Source: Candidatus Woesearchaeota archaeon
Lineage (GTDB): Archaea > Nanobdellota > Nanobdellia > Woesearchaeales > B72-G16
Length of the DNA stretch: 35,646 bases
NCBI GenBank assembly: GCA_003650545.1
Contig: QMQO01000012.1
Location: 1-35,646 of the forward strand
Direction of reading: 5' to 3'
Shown here: piece after piece, positions 1-7,825 of the stretch
Layout of the letters: every line of letters begins with the position of its first letter
Numbering within the stretch: position 1 is the first letter of the stretch
Notes under the pieces: generated by a model
Told to the model about the DNA's origin: nothing
The model's input: the letters and a program-made list of their open reading frames with translations, nothing else
Databases searched by the model: none
Position numbers and translations under genes: made by a program

Positions 1-190
1 ACAACCAATAAATACATATAAAATGCAATAAAGCATATAAAATGTATAGCTAAGAAAAGAGGTGGTTCTAAGATTATTCTAGAGAGAAACATCAGGCTAG
101 AAGACTAAATAGAATTTTGCTTGAGTAAAAGTGCGTAAGAAAAAAAAATAATAAGATATAAAAATAAAGCAAGAAAACTGTAAAATTTAA

Positions 191-340
191 AGCCCTGTAG
201 TGTAGTGGCCAAGTTCTTGGCTAAGAAGGCTAATCATGTCAGGCTCTGGAGAAGAAGAAAAGCTTTGGAAATACCTGGCGACGGCGGTTCGAAATGATAA
301 AATGACAGTTGTTTTGCTCACGAAAGTCCGCCCAGGGCTA
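191..340 (+). tRNA. tRNA-Gln(CTG) with three introns (213-233 at 21/22, 250-272 at 37/38, 294-326 at 59/60)
   Basis: Acceptor stem AGCCCTG/CAGGGCT plus discriminator A, with the A1-U72 pair typical of archaeal tRNA-Gln. Anticodon stem TCAGG/CCTGG with loop CT-CTG-GA; T-stem GGCGG/CCGCC. Removing three BHB-bounded inserts leaves a normal 73-nt cloverleaf. No encoded CCA. Confidence 0.93.
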
Positions 341-408
341 TTTTAGATGGCTATTTAGATTAATAGGATTAGCCAATTTGAAATCGAAAAATCAAATTAA
401 ACAAAACT

Positions 409-416
409 TTTATAAA
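409..416 (+). promoter_or_regulatory. Putative TATA box for the rps15 operon
   Basis: TTTATAAA preceded by an A-rich BRE-like stretch, about 110 nt upstream of the rps15 ATG. Confidence 0.55.
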
Positions 417-447
417 TCGTAACTAAATCTTATAGGTTATTCGAGAG

Positions 448-501
448 ATAAGCAGGTTTCGGCGTGCTTATACTGGAGAATAAGAAAAACTTATTTCTCC
501 A
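448..501 (+). promoter_or_regulatory. Structured 5' leader of rps15 (two hairpins), candidate ribosomal protein leader
   Basis: ATAAGCA(448-454)/TGCTTAT(465-471) stem capped by a TTCG loop, then TGGAGAATAAG(474-484)/CTTATTTCTCCA(490-501). Confidence 0.45.
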
Positions 502-524
502 AAAATAACTAAAAAGGTAGAACA

Positions 525-977
525 ATGGCAAGAATGCACTCAAGAGCAAAAGGTAAATCCAGTAGCAAGAAGCCTGTTGAAAGTAAGGCTTCATGGGTAC
601 GCTATAAACCAAAAGAGATGGAAATCATAATCCAACGTTTGGGTAAGGAAGGGAAGAGTGCTGCCCAGATTGGTCTGATCATGAGAGATGTCTATGGCAT
701 TCCAGATATCAAGAAGTTAACAGGAAAAAGGATATCCAAGATTTTGTCTGATAAAGGCTTACTACCTGAGTTACCTGATGACCTGCTTGCATTGATAAGA
801 AAATCTGTAAAAATCAGGAAACATCTAGAGGCAAACCATAAAGATCAACCTTCTATACGCGGGCTAACATTGACTGAATCAAAAATATTTAGATTGGTGA
901 AGTATTATAAAAGGTCTGGGAGACTGCCTTCTGATTGGAAGTATGATCCTAAACAGGTTAAGATTTTAGCTGAATAA
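525..977 (+). CDS. rps15: 30S ribosomal protein S15 (uS15, archaeal S15/S13e type)
   Basis: MARMHSRAKGKSSS N-terminus; LPDDLLALIRK...HKD...LTLTESKIFRLVKYYK...LP.DWKY signature. Confidence 0.98.
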   Translation: MARMHSRAKGKSSSKKPVESKASWVRYKPKEMEIIIQRLGKEGKSAAQIGLIMRDVYGIPDIKKLTGKRISKILSDKGLLPELPDDLLALIRKSVKIRKHLEANHKDQPSIRGLTLTESKIFRLVKYYKRSGRLPSDWKYDPKQVKILAE

Positions 978-1062
978 GAATAAAATAAATCTTTTGATTT
1001 TCACTTCTTTTTAGTATTAGAAATCTATTTAAAGCAACTGTAAATTCTAAATTTGAAAAAAA

Positions 1063-2454
1063 ATGGGGTTTGATGGATTTATTGAAAGAATTAATGAATT
1101 AGCAAAAGAGTTTAAAAAAATAGATAAAAATGAGAATATCAGGATAGTCAGCCATCTTGATGCAGATGGCATTAGTGCTGCTGCATTGCTAATAAAACTC
1201 TTTGATTTTGAAAAAATCAGATTTACACTAAACATCATAGAGCAGCTTGATAAACGGTTGATAAATGAAATTAAAAAAGAGAAATTTAATGTTATTTTCT
1301 TCACAGATCTTGGATCGGGTAACCTGGATTTAATTCAGGAGGGTTTAGCTGGAAAAAAGGTTTTTGTGATAGATCATCATGAGATTTCAGGCAGAGACGA
1401 TGGGTTATTACATGTAAATCCACATCTGTTTGGCTTAGATGGTAACAAGAGTATTTCTGGAGCAGGTGTTGTTTATTTTTTTGCAAAAGCTGTTAATGAG
1501 AAGATTAAAGATTTTGCTCACATTGCGGTGATTGGTGCTATTGGAGATGTTCAAGAAGACCAAGGCTTTGAAGGAATGAATAGTAAAATCTTGACTGACG
1601 CTGTTGAAAGCGGCAAACTCAAAATTGAACGTGGACTAAGGTTGTACGGACTAGATAGTAGACCAATACATAAAGTGCTTGAGTATAGCTCTGACATAAA
1701 AATACCTGGTGTTTCTGGAAGCGAGAGTGCGTCTGTTGCATTCTTACAGAGTATTGGAATAAAGATTCGTAATGAAAAAGAATTTAGACGATATTCAGAC
1801 CTAAGTACAAATGAAAAGAAAAGACTGGCAGCAGCAATCATCCTGAAAAGAGCTGATCAAGATAACCCCGAAGATATCTTTGGCAATATTTATGTGCTGC
1901 CTGATGAAACTGAAGGACCACTAAAAAATGCAAAAGAGTTTGCAACCTTGCTTAATAGTTGCGGTAGACTGAACCGTGCTTCTTTTGGAATTGGGGCTTT
2001 GCTGAATGATAAAAAACTTAAAAAAAAAGCCCTAGACAGCTTAAAAGACTATCGCAGAGAGCTTGTTAATGCACTTAACTGGTATCGTGATAACAGGAAA
2101 AATGTTATCACAAATGGAAAGTATATGATAATCAATGCAGAAGATAATGTGATGCACACCATAATTGGTACGCTTGGTAGCATGATCTCCAAAAGTGGTG
2201 AACATCCTGAGGGATTCTTGATATTAACATTAGCACAGTCCATGTATGGTTATACCAAAGCTTCTTTAAGAGTCGCAGGACAAAGCCAACACGATTTGCG
2301 TGAAATAATAAAAGAGATTGCTACTAAAGTAGATGGGGATTATGGTGGACATATGCAAGCTGCTGGCGCCTTGTTCGAAACTGAACGCGAAAAAGAATTT
2401 ATTAAAGAAGCTATGATTGTTCTTGATAAAAAAACAATGGAAGAAATTGTTTAA
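1063..2454 (+). CDS. DHH/DHHA1 RecJ-like nuclease, probable GAN (Cdc45/RecJ homologue)
   Basis: Motifs SHLDADG, DLGSG, DHH, GAIGD and C-terminal GGHMQAAG. Position directly after rps15 is the conserved archaeal context for this family. Confidence 0.88.
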   Translation: MGFDGFIERINELAKEFKKIDKNENIRIVSHLDADGISAAALLIKLFDFEKIRFTLNIIEQLDKRLINEIKKEKFNVIFFTDLGSGNLDLIQEGLAGKKVFVIDHHEISGRDDGLLHVNPHLFGLDGNKSISGAGVVYFFAKAVNEKIKDFAHIAVIGAIGDVQEDQGFEGMNSKILTDAVESGKLKIERGLRLYGLDSRPIHKVLEYSSDIKIPGVSGSESASVAFLQSIGIKIRNEKEFRRYSDLSTNEKKRLAAAIILKRADQDNPEDIFGNIYVLPDETEGPLKNAKEFATLLNSCGRLNRASFGIGALLNDKKLKKKALDSLKDYRRELVNALNWYRDNRKNVITNGKYMIINAEDNVMHTIIGTLGSMISKSGEHPEGFLILTLAQSMYGYTKASLRVAGQSQHDLREIIKEIATKVDGDYGGHMQAAGALFETEREKEFIKEAMIVLDKKTMEEIV

Positions 2455-2530
2455 TCCATTGTTTAATGTTTAATTGTTTCATTGTTTAATTGTTTAATTC
2501 TGATTTTTATTTAATATTGATTGTTTAATT
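2446..2530 (+). repeat. Degenerate tandem repeat of ATTGTTTAA beginning at the RecJ-like gene stop codon
   Basis: About 6-7 imperfect copies; the first contains the TAA stop at 2452-2454. Confidence 0.8.
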
Positions 2531-2613
2531 CTATTTTAATTTAATAAATTTTTATTCCTTTTTAATTTTTATAATTTTAATTTTATATACAAATTAGTAT
2601 ATTAATAGAAAAA

Positions 2614-2621
2614 TTTATATA
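2614..2621 (+). promoter_or_regulatory. Putative BRE/TATA promoter upstream of the hairpin cluster
   Basis: GAAAAA followed by TTTATATA; predicts a transcription start near 2645. Confidence 0.55.
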
Positions 2622-2673
2622 TTAGTTTAACTTTCCTATTTTATAGTATACAGAAGTAATAAATTCAACAAAT

Positions 2674-2970
2674 AGATCCTTAAAAGAATTAAGGATCTGG
2701 CACACTAATAAACTTATAGCATTATGATAGCTGGCTCTCCACTACATAATTCTCAACCCTTCCCTCACAACCTCTCTATGGAGAGCCACATCATATTCGT
2801 GATCATTGCTTTATTGCAGATTTTTTCACTCAACTATAAAAGCAATAAAGTGGTGATAAAGCTAGCTAAGCCCCCGAGCTTAGCATTATATACAGACATC
2901 ACAAGGCTGCATCTCTGAAGATGCAGCCTATCACCATCACAGGGGTCCGAGTGATTAGTAAAACGGTGAT
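2674..2970 (+). ncRNA. Candidate structured RNA or long 5' leader with six consecutive hairpins
   Basis: Stems: 2674-2683/2689-2698 (10 bp); 2732-2741/2779-2788 (10 bp); 2802-2817/2842-2857 (16 bp, 3 G-U); 2865-2871/2878-2884 (7 bp); 2904-2914/2919-2929 (11 bp); 2930-2935/2965-2970 enclosing 2936-2940/2951-2955. The G-U pairs favour the + strand. Confidence 0.6.
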
Positions 2971-2973
2971 GAC

Positions 2974-3108
2974 ATGAACACAAAATTTAATGATTTTCAT
3001 AATCATTTGCTTGAAGTGATAAGTACCACTAATTCATTTTTTGTGAATGTGGTGATTTTGTTAGTTTTAAGTGTCATTATGTTTCTTTCTAAAAAGGGGT
3101 TGACTTAG
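2974..3108 (+). CDS. Unannotated 44-aa small protein with one predicted transmembrane helix
   Basis: GGTGAT RBS at 2965-2970 and ATG at 2974. Translation MNTKFNDFHNHLLEVISTTNSFFVNVVILLVLSVIMFLSKKGLT. The stop lies 1 nt before the next ATG. Confidence 0.55.
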   Translation: MNTKFNDFHNHLLEVISTTNSFFVNVVILLVLSVIMFLSKKGLT

Positions 3109-3109
3109 A

Positions 3110-3871
3110 ATGAGTTCTAAAGACTATGAAATATCCAAACAAAAGTCATCCCGGATATTTGTAACGATTGATCAAGAAAAAGAACAGCTATTGGCATATG
3201 CCAAGAAATTGATGCGTGAGCCAAAATTTGAGATTTTAGTCTGGACTGAAGAAGCAAAAAAAAAGGTGTTGCATTATTTCGAGAGAATACTAGATGATCC
3301 GTGTGTTAAATATGTTGCGTGGCATCTAAGAAAACCTAAACATAAGAGTGTGTTGTACCATTCGATAGATGTTGCACTCATAGGTATTAGTTATGCTGTT
3401 GCAAACAAGCATGACGAAGCCACATGTCTGCTCTATGGAAAAGGTGGATTTATACACGATAATGGCAAGAGATTTATTCCAGTTGATATTATAAATAAGC
3501 CTGAAAAATTGAATGATGAAGAATTTAGTGTGATGAGACTACATGCTCCCTTTGGTTATGATGATCTAAGTGGTGCAGGATTTGAAGACGATGTTGCTAT
3601 AGCATGCACATCAGAACATCATCCAACTTATCCTCACATTTCAGGGGATGTTAGTGAACTTGGAAAATTAGTTGCTGTGTTTGACAGTTTTGGCGCATTA
3701 ACAGAGTATAGACCATATCCACGTTATTTCAAAAAATTGATTGTTGAAGGTAGCTTCAAGCCAAACGAAGCACTAGAAGTTCTGGTTGAAGATATGAAGG
3801 AAGGTAAACTTGATGCCAAAATCGTTCAAAGATTTGTTTCTATAGGAGAGATAAGTAGGTATATTCATTAA
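3110..3871 (+). CDS. HD-GYP-like metal-dependent phosphohydrolase
   Basis: HSIDVA, IHDNGK, IP.DIINKPEKL.DEEF.VMRLH, EHH..YP and D..GALT.YRPY match the HD-GYP motif order; the GYP loop is shortened. Confidence 0.85.
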   Translation: MSSKDYEISKQKSSRIFVTIDQEKEQLLAYAKKLMREPKFEILVWTEEAKKKVLHYFERILDDPCVKYVAWHLRKPKHKSVLYHSIDVALIGISYAVANKHDEATCLLYGKGGFIHDNGKRFIPVDIINKPEKLNDEEFSVMRLHAPFGYDDLSGAGFEDDVAIACTSEHHPTYPHISGDVSELGKLVAVFDSFGALTEYRPYPRYFKKLIVEGSFKPNEALEVLVEDMKEGKLDAKIVQRFVSIGEISRYIH

Positions 3872-3924
3872 GTATATTCATTAAGTATATTCATTAAGTA
3901 TGTTCATTAGGTAATGTTCATTAA
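3856..3924 (+). repeat. 13-nt tandem repeat (TAAGTATATTCAT) spanning the HD-GYP stop codon
   Basis: About five copies that decay progressively downstream. Confidence 0.9.
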
Positions 3925-4046
3925 CTTTTGTTAATCTACTAACTTTCATAAATTTTCATTAATTGAAGACTAATTAACTCTCCAAAAGCATATACTTGCA
4001 AAAAGCATATAAATAGCTTTTTTTATTCTTTTATAGAGGTAGATAG

Positions 4047-6566
4047 ATGCTAACAGATAAACAACAAAAAAAAGTGTTTAAGGTTAAAGCAAGTAAGCAG
4101 CCAGAGAATTATTACGCTGTGGAAATTCTGAAACAAGAAGGTTTTAGACGTAAAAAATGTAAATGTGGTACTTATTATTGGACTACAACTGATGCTAAAA
4201 CTTGCGATGATCCTGCTTGTTCTGGAGGATTTCGCTTTATCAATCAAAGCCCTGCTAAAAATAAGATGGATTATATCGAAGTGTGGAAGAGGTTTGCAGA
4301 GTTATTTAAAAAATGGGGATATACACCAATAGAGAGGTACCCTGTTGCAGCTCGTTGGAGGGATGATACAGATTTTGTGCAGGCTAGTATCTACGATTTT
4401 CAGCCTTATGTTGTGAATGGTGTTGTAAAACCACCTGCCAATCCTTTGGTTGTACCGCAGTTCTGTTTGAGATTTAATGATATCGATAATGTAGGCATTA
4501 CAGGTGCTCATTACACTGGCTTTGTGATGATTGGTCAGCATACATTTGTTCCACCAGAAGAATGGCAACAGGAAAAATACTTTACCGATATACACAACTG
4601 GTTAAAGCAAGGAATCGGTCTGTCAAATGAAGAGATAACTTATCACGAAGATGCATGGGCTGGTGGTGGTAATTTTGGGCCTTCGATGGAATTTTATTCC
4701 CGCGGTCTTGAGCTAGGTAATCAGGTTTACATGATGTTTCAGCAGACACCTCGCGGTAATAAAGAATTAAAGCTGAAAGTTTTGGATATGGGAATGGGTC
4801 ACGAAAGGAACGCATGGTTCACCCTTGGAAAAGCAACAAGCTATGAGACCACATTTCCAACAGTTATTGCAAAGCTTATGAAAATAACCGATCTAAAAGT
4901 AAATAAAGATGTGATGGAAAAGTTTTTACCTTACTCATCTTACTTGAACATCGATGAAGTAGATAATATAGAAAAGACTTGGAAATTCGTTGCAGATAAG
5001 ATAAACATTGAGGTTGACGAACTTAAAAAAACAATACTGCCATTACAAGGATTATTCTCTGTTGCAGAACACACTAGATCGTTGCTTGTTGCTATAAACG
5101 ATTGTGTGTTACCTAGCAACGTCGGTGGCGGATATAACCTAAGGGTTCTCCTAAGAAGAGCTTTAGGCTTCATAGATAAGTACAAATGGCAGATCAATTT
5201 AGAAGATGTAGCTAGATGGCATGCTTCATATCTAAAACCATTGTTTCCCGAACTGACGAAGAATCTTGATAATGTTGCAAGGATATTAGAAGTTGAAAGA
5301 AAAAAATATATCACAACAAAGGAGAAATCCAGAAAGATAGTCCAGACCCTTATAAAGAAAAAGATTAAAATTTCAGATGAAAAACTTATAGAACTTTACG
5401 ATAGCAATGGAATCAACCCTGAAATGGTTGCAGAAGAAGCTAGAGCAGAAGGGAAGGTAATTTCTATACCTGAAGATTTCTACGCGAGAGTTGCAAAAAA
5501 ACATGAAAAAAAAGAGATAGTTAGAGTTAGAGAAGAAAGATTTGACGTTAAGGATTTACCAGAAACTAAACTGATGTTTTATGAAGATGACAGAGTTAGA
5601 GAATTTGACACAACTGTTTTGGATGTCAAAGATAACGCTGTTATACTTGACCTTACATTTTTTTATCCTACTTCAGGAGGCCAAGATCACGATATAGGTA
5701 CTATAAATGGTAGGAATGTTGTGGATGTTATAAAACAAGACGGAGTTGTTGTTCATGTTCTTGATAAAAAACCAAACTTTAAGAAAGGGGACAAGGTGAC
5801 ATGTTATATAGATGATGAACATAGAAAACAGTTAACACAACATCATACTGCTACGCATATTGTTAATGCTGCAGCTAGAAAAGTTCTAGGCAATCACATT
5901 AACCAAGCAGGAGCTAAGAAAACTATAGAAAAAGCACATCTTGATATAACCCATTACCAGTCGATAAGCGAAGATGAATTAAAAAAGATAGAGACTGAAG
6001 CAAATAAAATTGTAAAAAGAGGAATTGAAGTTAATAAGTATTTTTTAGCTCGAGACGAAGCTGAAAGAAGGTTTGGCATGAACATCTATCAAGGTGGAGC
6101 TGTCCCAGGAGAAAAAATAAGAATTGTTGAGATTCCAGAAGTGGATGTTGAAGCGTGTGGGGGCACTCATGTAAATAATACTAAGGATGTTGGAGAGATA
6201 AAATTGCTAAAGAGCACTAAGATTCAAGATGGTGTGGTCAGACTGTTTTTCACTGCGGGTAGAGCAGCATCTGAAAAAGAAGAGGAAGAAAGTAAGATTC
6301 TTGACGAAGTTGCAGCTAATTTAGGTGTTAATGCTAAACAGGTTCCTGACAGAGTTGAAGAATTGTTTACAAAATGGAAGAAAGCTAAGAAAGCTATTAA
6401 GAAAGGGAAAAAGCTAGAAGAAAGTTTAGAGCTTAGTTCCACTAAGGTGTATGAGGGCGATGCTTTGGCCAAAGCATGTGAGATACTTCGTGTTCAGCCA
6501 GAGCATTTATTGAATACTGTTAAGAGATTCTTAAAAGAATTGGATGAATTTAAAAAGAAGTTGTAA
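4047..6566 (+). CDS. alaS: Alanine--tRNA ligase (archaeal type)
   Basis: N-terminal Cys cluster, ARWRDD..FVQASIYDFQP, QFCLRFNDIDNVG.TG.H, editing-domain HHTATH and ACGGTH motifs. Confidence 0.97.
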   Translation: MLTDKQQKKVFKVKASKQPENYYAVEILKQEGFRRKKCKCGTYYWTTTDAKTCDDPACSGGFRFINQSPAKNKMDYIEVWKRFAELFKKWGYTPIERYPVAARWRDDTDFVQASIYDFQPYVVNGVVKPPANPLVVPQFCLRFNDIDNVGITGAHYTGFVMIGQHTFVPPEEWQQEKYFTDIHNWLKQGIGLSNEEITYHEDAWAGGGNFGPSMEFYSRGLELGNQVYMMFQQTPRGNKELKLKVLDMGMGHERNAWFTLGKATSYETTFPTVIAKLMKITDLKVNKDVMEKFLPYSSYLNIDEVDNIEKTWKFVADKINIEVDELKKTILPLQGLFSVAEHTRSLLVAINDCVLPSNVGGGYNLRVLLRRALGFIDKYKWQINLEDVARWHASYLKPLFPELTKNLDNVARILEVERKKYITTKEKSRKIVQTLIKKKIKISDEKLIELYDSNGINPEMVAEEARAEGKVISIPEDFYARVAKKHEKKEIVRVREERFDVKDLPETKLMFYEDDRVREFDTTVLDVKDNAVILDLTFFYPTSGGQDHDIGTINGRNVVDVIKQDGVVVHVLDKKPNFKKGDKVTCYIDDEHRKQLTQHHTATHIVNAAARKVLGNHINQAGAKKTIEKAHLDITHYQSISEDELKKIETEANKIVKRGIEVNKYFLARDEAERRFGMNIYQGGAVPGEKIRIVEIPEVDVEACGGTHVNNTKDVGEIKLLKSTKIQDGVVRLFFTAGRAASEKEEEESKILDEVAANLGVNAKQVPDRVEELFTKWKKAKKAIKKGKKLEESLELSSTKVYEGDALAKACEILRVQPEHLLNTVKRFLKELDEFKKKL

Positions 6567-6573
6567 AAAAAAT

Positions 6574-7704
6574 CTATCCTATTATATTTCGTTTTCCATT
6601 TTTGAGTTCATAAAACATAAATTCTCTTAACACATCGCCATTTTCGTCTATTGAAATTTTACCTGAAGCTCCTTTCCAATCCTTGACAGAGTAAAGATAA
6701 TCTCTGATACAATCTGTGTTTTCCTCACAAAGTTGCATTGCTTCTGCTATAATGGTAGCTGTGTCGTAAGCATTTGCACCAAAAGTATCATCTTCTATCT
6801 CCTTACCATATTTTGCCTTGAAGGAGCTTTTATAGTACATAAAATCTTTGTCATTATCTGAACGTCCATAACTTGCATATTTTATGCCATCAACAGCAGA
6901 TCCTCCATTCTTCAACACATAATTCAGATCATATGTTTCTCCGCCTAAGATAGGCAGATCTATACCTAACTCCTTAATTTGTGTAGCAATTAATACTGCT
7001 TTTGGTGCAGATAATGGAACCACTAAAATAGCATCAGGTTCTTTAGCAGCAACTTTGATTATTTGTGTCCTGATGTCCTGGTCTGTAGATTCATAAATTT
7101 CCGAAACAATTACTTCTCCATCTAAGGCGTTTAACGATCTTTCAAATTCATCTCTCATGCCAATAGTGTAAGCATTATTTTCATAAATAACCCCTATTTT
7201 TTTATAGCCTAAGATGTTTGCAAGTTTTGCTGCTTGTTTAGCGAAATAGACAGAAGAGCTAGATAATCTAAAAACATAATCTCCTGCGTTAGTTATATCT
7301 GGGCTTGCTGCTATTGGCGATATTAGAATAACTTTATTTTCTTCTGTCAGTGGTGCCATTGCTAACATAGAGCTGCTACAAACTCCATTTATAATTACAC
7401 TAACATTGTTGTCATAAATAAGTTTATTCGCTGCAGTGAGTGCTAATTTAGGGTTACAAGCGCCATCTTCAACTATTAATTGTAATCTCCTTCCCTTTAT
7501 GCCACCATTTTCATTGATCTGATCTATGGATAGCTCAATAGATTCTAATGTGGGTATCCCTATTGCTGAAACTGGACCTGTCAGGGGTCCAATAAAGCCT
7601 ATCTTGATTGTGTTATCCTCTGGGGTTTGACAACCAGACAGACTCACAACTATCAAAATGACCATCAGTGTAATTATAACCTTAGCATGTGTAATCTTGT
7701 TCAT
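6574..7704 (-). CDS. LivK/LivJ-like periplasmic binding protein type 1 (lipoprotein)
   Basis: Signal peptide with LSGC lipobox; IKIGFIGPLTG, IN..GGIKG..L, ED..C.P, YVFR, AYD. Start placed at ATG 7704 because of a GGTGAT RBS. Confidence 0.9.
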   Translation of the reverse strand: MNKITHAKVIITLMVILIVVSLSGCQTPEDNTIKIGFIGPLTGPVSAIGIPTLESIELSIDQINENGGIKGRRLQLIVEDGACNPKLALTAANKLIYDNNVSVIINGVCSSSMLAMAPLTEENKVILISPIAASPDITNAGDYVFRLSSSSVYFAKQAAKLANILGYKKIGVIYENNAYTIGMRDEFERSLNALDGEVIVSEIYESTDQDIRTQIIKVAAKEPDAILVVPLSAPKAVLIATQIKELGIDLPILGGETYDLNYVLKNGGSAVDGIKYASYGRSDNDKDFMYYKSSFKAKYGKEIEDDTFGANAYDTATIIAEAMQLCEENTDCIRDYLYSVKDWKGASGKISIDENGDVLREFMFYELKNGKRNIIG

Positions 7705-7767
7705 GTGTATCACCCAACAAGTGTTATTAAACAATAGCAACAAATAATTATTTAAATATTCTTTCTC

Positions 7768-7778
7768 CCACTCGGTGG
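7768..7778. promoter_or_regulatory. Candidate operator CCAC-TCG-GTGG between divergent TATA boxes
   Basis: Inverted repeat between TATA-like boxes at about 7750-7758 (minus) and 7796-7803 (plus). Confidence 0.4.
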
Positions 7779-7825
7779 TATGTAATTTAAGAAGATTTAT
7801 ATATTAGAAGAATAACTTAACTCCC

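Noticed and set aside
262..269. A second Gln-like anticodon loop (GCTTTGGA, anticodon TTG) inside the anticodon intron, suggesting alternative splicing to tRNA-Gln(TTG)
   Set aside because: It would need excision of a 4-nt piece with no BHB; the sequence is explained by pairing with the exon to form the 37/38 BHB.
336..360. Duplicated tRNA-Gln 3' end as an integration (att) site
   Set aside because: The copy is immediately adjacent with no intervening element or integrase; it fits the local tandem-duplication pattern.
2724..2918. 64-aa ORF across the hairpin cluster
   Set aside because: No RBS or recognisable motif, and it runs through four strong stems; more likely incidental to the RNA structure.
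2674..2970. Hairpin cluster as SRP RNA, RNase P RNA or a CRISPR array
   Set aside because: No SRP helix-8 motif or RNase P P4 consensus seen on either strand; the stems differ in sequence, so there is no repeat-spacer pattern.
3856..3924. Tandem repeats here and at 8592-8678 and 25199-25296 as CRISPR arrays
   Set aside because: Units are 12-20 nt, head-to-tail without unique spacers, and there are no cas genes in the window.
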